A stretch of 64,000 nt of DNA, from NCBI GenBank assembly GCA_051362555.1, contig CM120640.1, positions 45,734,788-45,798,787 of the forward strand. Direction: 5' to 3'. A program made the translations under genes and the position numbers. This stretch comes from Lingula anatina (taxonomy: Eukaryota > Animalia > Brachiopoda). How positions within the stretch are numbered: the first letter of the stretch is position 1; each line of letters begins with the position of its first letter. The notes below the pieces were generated by a model. That model did not search any database. It was not told where the DNA came from and saw nothing but the letters and a program-made list of their open reading frames with translations. Below are positions 53,501 to 60,590 of this stretch, one piece after another.

Positions 53501-56500
53501 CCAAAAAATCGTAGTTAATTCGTAGCAAATTCGTATCTCATTCTTAGGCATTGTAACTGAATCGTAATTGATTCATAGGCATTCGTAGGTATTCTTAACT
53601 CATTTGGGGATTCGTGAATCCCTGGATTGACCACGAATCGGCTACGAATCAGTCACGAATCCCACGAATATTGCTGAAGCAAAAATACTGCAAAATGTCA
53701 AGAATAGTCCAGAAATCACTTTTATTGGTATCCAATTCGTGCATACATTCGGCTTATGCTTAACTGATTCCTTATTGAGTTGTAACGTTTGTGCAGTATT
53801 CGTAATAGATTCTTGTAAATCGTAGTGAATTCTTGACAATATTCGTGCTATTCCAGCCGAATCCCACGAATATTTGTAACACTATTGCACCTGTATCATA
53901 ACTGAATCGTAGAGCGTATCGAATTAGGCCAGAAAATTTGCAAAATCTCATGAAACCTGAAATTTGTCAATTACTGGCGATTCGTAGGATTCATGGTCTG
54001 TGTGAAATAGGGGCATTAGCTAAAACTGCTGTGCGCTCTTATTTGAAGCAGAACCTAAGCTGCCAAATTATATAGGTACCTTACTGTCTCTGTAACCTTG
54101 TCATCTGGTGGCATGAGTTGGGAGTTTTATTTCAGTCTAAGATAGGCCTTAGTCTGAACACACTTAGCATCATAAGCCTGATTTTATACCATTCATCAGG
54201 GCTACCTACAATATCTGCAGTTTCCAGGGACTGAGCATTCACAACCTGGGGAACAATTATAAGGTATTGCAATCACGCTAGTGGTTCCTCTAATGACCTC
54301 AGCCACCAGGCATTGACTCCAACAGTTTTAGAGTTCACGACAGCATTGTTCAGTGTAATTTGTTTTTGTTTTTCTGCCTCAAAGAACCCGAGGAAGAGAC
54401 TGCAGATCAGGGTGAGTTATGCATGCATGTATCATTATCAGCAGCTTGATCACAGGTGCATGGGATTCCATTTCATTCTCATTTATTTATTTGGGTAGTT
54501 TTAACCTAGCCAGGTGTTACTTAATCTGCTGTTCCTATCTTTGCTGCTGCTGTTAGTTGATGCATATGTGGATTATTGTGCTTTGGCTTGGCTATGACTT
54601 TCAAATGAAATTATGTGAGAAATTTATCTTTATTATTGATGTATGCTTTGAAGTTGTTAAACTTTTTTTAATTTGGCTGAAAGGCCATGATATTGTACAT
54701 AATATTGTATATGTTTTATACAAGTTGCTGTGCACTGATTGTCATCTTGTTTCTTGGTCATCTGAAAACTGTGTCATTATTGTCAAATAACTGTAACTTT
54801 ATCTTGACTGTTAAGTAGCAGTGGTATGATATTTCAAGATATCAAAGGCTGCTGACATTGGCACCTATATTTCATCTTCTTCTCATGCAGTCATTTGTGG
54901 CTGGCACATAAAATATATTGATATCATTGTGGCAAAGACAAATGGCTCCTGCAGCTTCTTATTTAATTTCGGTGTCCACATGATAAAATATTTACAGTCT
55001 CTTTCTTTGTAACAGTAACATATCTGATTCATTCCATTTCTTTGTAACAGTAGCACATTGATTCATTCCATTGCTGGTGTTAGTATTAAAAGAACTAGTG
55101 CCACTGTTCAACCAAATTATATTTGATGTGTGTCACTTCATATTTGTTTGTTGTTTCAATAGAAAAACTTTTGAGCTCAAACCAAGGTAAATTTAATATC
55201 TGTCGTTGCCTTTATTTATTTGTTTCTCTGGAGAAAAATTATGGACCGTCTTTTGCAATAAAGTGTATTACTTTTTGATCGTGGTCATTGTCACACTGGT
55301 AATTGGCAACAACAATACTAGTTTAACATCAGCAGCAACAATTTATCTATTTTTGTGCTCTGCAGTATCTTGTTCTTATCTTTGTTTTTATTTTTGATTA
55401 ATTAATTCCTAATTTAAAATTAACAGTGCCTGTTGTTGTTCCTCTTTTTATTTTTTCTTTGAGGAAGTATAATTTACAGCTCATATTTACTGAATCTCTT
55501 CAACCTTTTATGCTGAGCCTGCTAATACATTTTCTTACTTTTATATGTTGTAAGCATAAGGTCATAGAATGTAATCATGTTAAAGAGACAAAATGGAAAG
55601 TTTTAAATGCATAATAAGTACAGAAACCACTTCTTGTTGTAAACTTGTTTATCATGTTTAAACAAATAAATGGCATGCATCAATGTATCCCAAATTGATA
55701 AATTTTGACACTCCCTAACAAACCTTTCCACTTCTCAACCATTTTGACACAGTTTTGAATCTCGTGCAATCTGGAAGTCAATGTGAGAATTTAGCTTGAA
55801 GGGAATGGCATAATTTGAAAAACACAGGCTTAAGCCCATCTTTTCTCTCAATTGTCACAGTGTTATTGCATGTGTCTGGAAAAGAGGATCAAAGGTTGGT
55901 TAGGCGGTGAAAAAAATTACCGTCTACCCCAGGAAAATTTGTTAAGTATGTTTTTTTCCACAGGAAAATCTTACACTGCACACCTTTAATTTCAATAGTT
56001 CAACTATAGCATCAATTTTCTTGAATACGTACCAAAACCTTTCCAACCATGGTTTTATGTGACATAGTTCAGTTTTATATTCTAAAGTGTTTCATTCAAG
56101 CTTAAAAATGGTTTTATATTACCTAAAAGGAGCATATTATACAGTGCAATTTTGCAATGTAACTTTTTTCTTTTTTTTTAGTGTATGACACAAACTGTTC
56201 AGTCGTAAAAAGTTCTTCTTGTGGTTTAAAATCTCAGTTTTACAGGGCAGATTTTGACTTTTGTTACATTTTCCTTTTTATTTTGTGGTTAGCTACATCT
56301 ATTCAACTGTAAATAGTGTTATATGAGGCTCAGTTAACTTTGTTACATTTTTCATAAACTTATCCAAGCAAAAAGTCTGGTGTATAGCAAGCTTTGTGCA
56401 AGTTGTAGAATTATACTTGACTCACGGGGCTGAAAATCTCTTAGTATAGTGCAAAATAAAATTTTCAGCCACAAGTTCTGTCGCACATTACTGTGCACAA

Positions 56501-58141
56501 ATGACATCTAGCATCCAGAATTGAAAAACACCATATATAATACAACTTGTTAATTTTTTTGCAGCCTTGTTTCTCATGTACAGCTATATACCAAAGCATG
56601 AAAAAAAAACTCCTAGTGAAACCTTATCTGGTTGGAATCTTGTTCTGTCAGGGGTGGTAACTGTGATCCAGATGACCTTTAATAGTTCTGCTCAACCTTT
56701 ATCCACCTTGGGGCTAAATCATTCTTAATCCTCTAGCTAGCTCTGGCTCCACAGTGAGCCCACTGGGGTGAAACCGCTGATTACTTTTGTAATTTAGTAA
56801 CTATCTGGTCTGAAGTAACCCAAACTGACCCCAACAGGGGGATATTTTTACATGTTCGACTAATTTTATCATGACTTCTGTTTGATTTATTTTGGTGCCA
56901 TCTGGGTGCTTTATGATGACTTTTTTTATTGTGTTTGAGGTACTGCATTTTCATTTGCTGATTTTAAGACTTTTTTATTTTATTATTTTAATATGTTTTG
57001 CTGTAGATTTATATTTTGCTTTGAATTAAAAAGAAAATTTTGGTTAGGTCATTAAAATAAGTGTCAGCATCTCGTATCCATAGTATTGTCTACAGAGGAA
57101 GGTATAAACAAATATAATAGCAATGTTCATGTAGTAGTGAGACCATATGCTGTTTATTATTGTTGTTGTAGTAATAGTAACTTTATTAATTTGTAAGTCA
57201 TAATTGGTGTAGATTTAATTTATTTTAGATACAGACACGCAATTCATTTGATAATATATTTTGACTATACTTTTAATTACCTATGTTAACAACACTTGGT
57301 CTTTTTAGATTAAAAAAGATAAGTTTTCATCCCTATAATCCTGAAAACATTGTAATTTTTTCATAATCTCTGAATTCTAGGAAATTTCACAAGATCCTCA
57401 GCTGCCAAGTCAACCACAGCAATTCATGAAGAGAAAGATGAAGAGGATGAAAATTCTCGGGAATTTACTCTACAAAATGATCATAAAATGGTACCAGGTG
57501 GGGCAGACAGTTTTGAAGTTGTACAAAACCAAGGGGAGGAAACGGGTGAATATCATGAACAATTTGCTGATTCTCACATTGGAGGTGCAGCAATTCCGGT
57601 TGAAGAAGAAATGGCCGACAATGGTTTTGAATTTGTCGGAAATAAACAGAAAGGTGCTCCAGATGACTTTGCTCAAAATGACTTAGACTTCAATAAAACT
57701 GCAGGAACAATAGAAAGTGATAGCAAACTGCCACCCAAACCACCACCTATGAACAATGCAAACAGGCGAAGACCTGAGAACTTCCTGGGGTCTTCTTCTG
57801 TCTCCCCAAAACCTTTTTCTTCACATTTCCCTCAGCAACCAACAGTTGCCCAAGTCAGTAAGTCCTACGCAGATAGCTTTGCATTGCCAAAAGAACAGGC
57901 CTCGCTGACTAACAAGACTCTTGACTTTGTTCCAGTGGAAAATTTGTCGTCTGCGAATACAACACGGTTTGTGATAAACCAGCATGTGCCAATACATTTA
58001 GCAGGGAAACGAAGAAGCGATACCACTCCCAGGAAGAATGAAAAATTGCAAAATGGCGGAAGGAGGCAGAAGGACCAAAACCCAGTTAATCTGCGCAGAC
58101 CCAAGAGATTGCAGTCTTTGAAGCCAGAACCAGAATCTCAG
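4032..58141 (+). CDS. Multi-exon gene for an RCC1-repeat (7-blade RCC1-like domain) protein with acidic N-terminus and Glu-rich/low-complexity C-terminal region; 3' end alternative or extending beyond the window
   Basis: Join 4032-4740,18030-18072,19068-19293,20202-20311,20685-20809,21330-21476,42355-42516,43188-43352,49013-49128,51892-52021,(54385-54411),(55163-55186),57381-58141 = 2745 nt = 915 codons. All introns are GT-AG, phases match and there is no internal stop. Seven RCC1 repeats of the pattern G.V..WG....GQLG ... V..VACG..HT are present. An in-frame TGA at 4011 lies upstream of the ATG. Confidence 0.9.
8481..8544. repeat. GC-rich (CGTCGC)n-type microsatellite of the HINE
   Basis: cgtctgtcgtcgccgtcgccgtccctgtcgccgtccctgtcgccgtcgatgtcgccgtcgccgt. 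Confidence 0.9.
8624..9012. repeat. Core tandem repeat of about 160 bp, roughly 2.5 copies
   Basis: aaaacgcaggtcaagttcgaaaatc-type anchor recurs at 8624, 8783 and 8943 (periods 159 and 160), with shared agttatgctgttttttcatttttcagcatatatgcaac. Confidence 0.9.
9451..10240. repeat. Diverged tandem repeat of 300-340 bp, 3 partial copies
   Basis: ttttcaaggtgtgactttgaagt...ggcctgaagac-type anchor at 9451, 9791 and 10091. The downstream block attaaaaattga..gtcattatg...ttatgtaatattgcatca is shared, and more diverged in the third copy. Confidence 0.8.
10500..11386 (+). pseudogene. Decayed C-terminal part of a Sola2-type DDD transposase
   Basis: ORFs 10510-10863, 10844-11032 and 11051-11386 join through indels near 10835-10865 (including a taatg duplication) and an in-frame TAA at 11030. 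Motifs VSDDLHHNK, HYWSD..SQFK, FYTTAHGKGPVDGIVG.MK, RW...VPGIQ and a C-terminal GDFV...VEVSFL...F.YP..ED..W domain. The family assignment is from recalled motifs, not a search. Confidence 0.8.
15960..16070 (-). mobile_element. Possible highly degenerate tRNA-derived SINE head
   Basis: Minus strand reads gtggccctattgtccagggc...gcgtgaaggtcaaggggtcagagcccagg, resembling decayed A and B boxes at tRNA-like spacing. No tail or TSD identified. Confidence 0.25.
18030..18072 (+). CDS. Coding exon 2 (N)SNAIYVWGNGSSG(Q), start of RCC1 repeat 2
   Basis: Acceptor tttgtatcttccag, donor CA|GTAAGT. Phase 1 in and phase 2 out fit both neighbours. Typical RCC1 YVWG.G..GQ motif. Confidence 0.92.
19068..19293 (+). 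CDS. Coding exon 3 (LGTGNKESQPTP...VQGVACGARHTFIWLENGQVFSFGNNFFAQLGY...DNQ)
   Basis: Acceptor cctttctatccag, donor CAG|GTGGGT. Contains RCC1 motifs ACGARHT and GQVFSFGNN..AQLG. Confidence 0.93.
20202..20311 (+). CDS. Coding exon 4 (VRPHFIRALSYRVVTQVACGEKHTLFLFETGAVAAVG)
   Basis: Acceptor ttatcttgcag, donor GG|GTAAGG. RCC1 motif QVACGEKHT. Confidence 0.93.
20685..20809 (+). CDS. Coding exon 5 (ANLSGQIGNN...AVQIAVGSNHSLVLD)
   Basis: Acceptor tttgatttttgaag, donor G|GTAGGT. Phase 2 in, phase 1 out. RCC1 motifs GQIG and IAVGSNHSL. Confidence 0.92.
20913..20984. repeat. Compound (TATC)n/(TGTC)n microsatellite
   Basis: tatctatctatctatctatct...tctgtctgtctgt...tgtctgtctgtc. Confidence 0.8.
21330..21476 (+). 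CDS. Coding exon 6, RCC1 repeat 5 (NGAVFVWGAGKPCG...IVQVSGGSMHSLALT)
   Basis: Acceptor ccattttag, donor CAG|GTGAGT. 147 nt, phase 1-1. Overlaps ORF 21347-21541. Confidence 0.93.
22509..22596. repeat. (TC)44 microsatellite
   Basis: Uninterrupted TC dinucleotide run of 88 bp. Confidence 0.98.
26503..26594. repeat. (CT)46 microsatellite
   Basis: Uninterrupted CT dinucleotide run of 92 bp. Confidence 0.98.
42355..42516 (+). CDS. Coding exon 7, RCC1 repeat 6 (GGYVYSWGAGTDGQLGHG...IAASEVYSAAVT)
   Basis: Acceptor ttctctctctcttggtcag, donor CAG|GTAGGT. 162 nt, phase 1-1. Canonical VYSWG...GQLGHG motif. Confidence 0.94.
43188..43352 (+). CDS. Coding exon 8, RCC1 repeat 7 (DGSLFMWGKNNH...REVELGAWHAVAMTGTP)
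   Basis: Acceptor ctgttgctttag, donor CAG|GTAAAA. 165 nt, phase 1-1. Confidence 0.92.
43573..44000. repeat. Degenerate tandem repeat of 150-180 bp, 3 copies
   Basis: Anchor aaaccatatt...ttttactt at 43580, 43759 and 43910. Each is followed about 50-60 nt later by ggt(t/c)ccttt. Confidence 0.65.
48391..48502. repeat. 28-bp minisatellite, 4 copies
   Basis: Unit tgtggtaccctgggatatggcaccctgg at 48391, 48419, 48447 and 48475. Copies 1 and 3 are identical; the unit is a 14-bp dimer. Confidence 0.92.
49013..49128 (+). CDS. Coding exon 9, Glu-rich linker (WQVCGEPEESEEEEESEEELESYLL...DLEQ)
   Basis: Acceptor ttttaatgtcag, donor CAG|GTGAGA. Phase 1 in, phase 0 out. Purine-rich coding composition. Confidence 0.82.
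51892..52021 (+). CDS. Coding exon 10 (DVGSDDFTWNELEMPRPYTLNRERTAMTIEEFYAPTPTPAKTP)
   Basis: Acceptor ttattataaatctag, donor CAG|GTAATC. Phase 0 in, phase 1 out. In frame with ORF 51931. Confidence 0.82.
53317..54015. mobile_element. Non-autonomous PIF/Harbinger-like element (699 bp)
   Basis: Perfect 22-bp TIRs tgcccctatttcacacagacca / tggtctgtgtgaaataggggca, continuing as an imperfect IR (aatcgccaggaattgacaaatttcagg / cctgaaatttgtcaattactggcgatt). TTA TSD at 53314-53316 and 54016-54018. Confidence 0.88.
54385..54411 (+). CDS. Candidate 27-nt microexon (EPEEETADQ), phase 1-1
   Basis: Polypyrimidine tract tttgtttttgtttttctgcctcaaag, strong donor AGG|GTGAGT. Open in the required phase, length a multiple of 3. 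Confidence 0.68.
55002..55070. repeat. 35-bp tandem duplication upstream of the 24-nt microexon
   Basis: tttctttgtaacagtaacatatctgattcattcca followed by tttctttgtaacagtagcacattgattcattcca. Confidence 0.85.
55163..55186 (+). CDS. Candidate 24-nt microexon (EKLLSSNQ), phase 1-1
   Basis: Acceptor tatttgtttgttgtttcaatag, donor AAG|GTAAAT. Open in the required phase, length a multiple of 3. Confidence 0.55.
56399..56549. mobile_element. Possible old palindromic non-autonomous element (about 150 bp)
   Basis: Outer IR caagttgta / tacaacttg and inner IR ggctgaaaat (56428) / attttcagcc (56461). No clear TSD. Confidence 0.3.
57381..58141 (+). CDS. Large exon: acidic then Pro/basic low-complexity region; phase-0 donor at 58142, or read-through to TGA 58187-58189
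   Basis: Acceptor ctctgaattctag, phase 1, in frame with ORF 57488-58189. Donor CAG|GTATTG after PEPESQ. Confidence 0.85.
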
Positions 58142-59374
58142 GTATTGCATAATAGTTTTTTTGATCCTGATAAAACACATCCCAAGTGAATATTTCAGTT
58201 GGCACAAAAATTTTTAGACACACATTTTTATAATTCAAAGAGTTTTTTTGCCAAAATCAAGGCTGGAAATCGCACAATCTTCCTTTACATTTACTTAATG
58301 GTTAACTTTTTCTTTTCTTTTTCTTTTGCATATTTTTTTACAATATTTACATTGATAATCACAAGGTGATGATCCCAAACATTAAAGTAATTAAGAGGGA
58401 TCGACAGAGGCGCAGGTTTTTCCCACGTCGGGGCCAAATTTTGACCCAACAGGTTGACCTTGTTTTCCTTCTAAAATTCTTTGAAGGTTATCAAATAGAA
58501 ATACAGTATTAGATTAATCTCAGATTATTAACTCATGGGCCCAATGCGTAGATATGCCACTAAGGTCAAGGTCATTGTGTCTCGTTTAAATCATAAACAG
58601 ATGATTCGCAATACTTCTGTGAAGACGGACATCTTTTTCAAATCACAAGTTCATTGAGCTAACATGAGAAAGACCTGTTCAATAATAAACTTGTTTATGT
58701 GGCAGGTAACATACAGATCAAAATAAGTTCTGTGGCTGCACCAGTTCTCAGCAAAAAAATAAACATGATACAATTGCACTCTAGGGTGACCAGAACATAG
58801 GTTGAACAATGTATGTTTTATAGGGAATTATAAGGGGAAGGGGGTTATCAGTGGACATTTGACAGTTTTCCAGTTGGGTTAAGTTAGTGGGAGGAAACTT
58901 GGGTTGCACATTAGGGAACGATCTATAAAAAGTGGAAGTTGTAAACTTCAAAGGTGCTTTGTATCCTTATTTCTATTAGAGAAGTTGTTTTTCTTGTAAC
59001 CTTTAAACATGAAATGCCTCGAGATTTAAAGTTATTTTAGTTCGATGAGAAAATGTTTGTTCTGTAACAGGGTAATTCGGATGTGTTCAGCTGAAACAAT
59101 TGTCTTATAGATATATTTGCTATCAGCATATTAGCCTGTTTAGTATATTATGGAATTCATAGTAATACTTTGAAGTCTTTAAAACATGATTTAAGATTTT
59201 TAAAGGTTACTGGTGCATCTGCCAATATAAATATCAGAAACAGGTGTCAGTTTTGGTGTGAAAGATTTTGTAATTGTCTAGACTTAAATAATCAGCTTCA
59301 TAGATACCATTGGTTCCTTTTTCATTTGGCCCCATGTTTTTGGCTAATTTTGGAAACTTTCCACAACAAGCCAG

Positions 59375-59518
59375 GCAGAAATCAGAGCCTTTCAGAGCAA
59401 CAGACCTCCACCGCGGAACAGCCCGAGGAGTAGAAAAACTACAAGTCTGACTAGCGTTTTCAATCTACGGACCTGCTGCATCTCTTGTTGCCTGAATAAA
59501 CCAAGCAGAAAAAAGTAA
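59375..59518 (+). CDS. Candidate alternative terminal exon (AEIRAFQSNRPPPRNSPRSRKTTSLTSVFNLRTCCISCCLNKPSRKK*)
   Basis: CAG acceptor at 59372-59374 with a ctaat branch-like motif at 59344. Phase 0 matches the donor at 58142. 47 open codons, GC- and CpG-richer than the flanks. Confidence 0.5.
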   Translation, partial: AEIRAFQSNRPPPRNSPRSRKTTSLTSVFNLRTCCISCCLNKPSRKK

Positions 59519-60358
59519 CAAGCTTTATCAGGCCTCGAACAGCTGGAATCGTGTTCCTACATATGTCTGACAACATTTTCTATCAGAAACCAAACCATTT
59601 CAGCTTTAATCACTACTTCTTCACCAAATGTCAGAATCTATCCCTTGACAGGAGAGAAGTGAAAAAAAAAAGCATGATGAAGAGAGAAAAAGAACTGGAG
59701 TTAGTGTAACTTTAACCTAGTGGTGTGATGCTGTCAACCTGATTGTTACATTCAACATTAGTCTCAGATCTTGACTTTTTGCACGAGTTCTCTAATCAGA
59801 CCAGAGTTCTCATCACATCACTGCTTTGGTTTCCAATTCAGGTTCTGCTTGGGCTGAAAGGCATATCAGTAATCCGGGAACATGTTCTTTTTTTTTTCTT
59901 ACCCTTTCTTTATGTCTGTGCCTAGTTCACTGATGCAGTTAAGTGGAGGCTGATTTGATCCTGACCTCCTGGGCATGGAACATGAACAGAGCTTGTAATT
60001 TTGTTTTAAATGTCAATTGTAGTTGGAATTTGGCAGTAGTGAATAGTGAACCAGGGCCAGGGCTCCTGATTCGACTATCTGGCAGTTGCCGTCGTGGTAC
60101 TGAATAGTTTCCAGAAGATTTCTTTTCGAATTATGGATCGGAATTTCGTTAAACAGCTGTTCATTAAGTGTTTTGCGATTTTTCCTTTTTGACTCCTTTT
60201 TTCCTGGGAATGTTCAATTGAAATGTCTCTAGATTTTTGTTATGTGGGGGAAACGCCAAAGCCACATAATGAAATTGCATAACCTCTCTAATCAACAGAC
60301 TTAAGATAAACAGGGATTGTTTCTTTTCCTTTTTTCTCTTATCTTCACCGTAAAAGAG

Positions 60359-60407
60359 TCAAGTAAACATGGCGTTGCTCCATTGGGGTCTGCTCTTTTG
60401 TTGTAAG
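60359..60407 (+). other. Copy 1 of duplicated 49-nt exon (SSKHGVAPLGSALLL*), carries an in-frame TAA
   Basis: Long pyrimidine tract at about 60320-60348, then AG. 37/49 nt identical to copy 2 at 60542. Confidence 0.5.
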
Positions 60408-60541
60408 GTGAAGTGGTGGCAGTGTTGGAGGAGGCGAGAACATGCTAAGTCAAATACACGAAACAAATTGTATAACTTAAAGTCATCAGACAAGAAAAAA
60501 CAGACATGGCCCACTGCCTTTTTTCTCCTCTCCTGAAGCAG

Positions 60542-60590
60542 TCAAGTGTACATGACATTGCTCCCCTTGGGTCAGCTCTCTTGGTGGCAG
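60542..60590 (+). CDS. Copy 2 of duplicated 49-nt exon (SSVHDIAPLGSALLVA), phase 0 in, phase 1 out
   Basis: Acceptor ccttttttctcctctcctgaagcag (NAGNAG), donor CAG|GTGAAG. Open frame, with silent-site divergence from copy 1. Confidence 0.55.
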
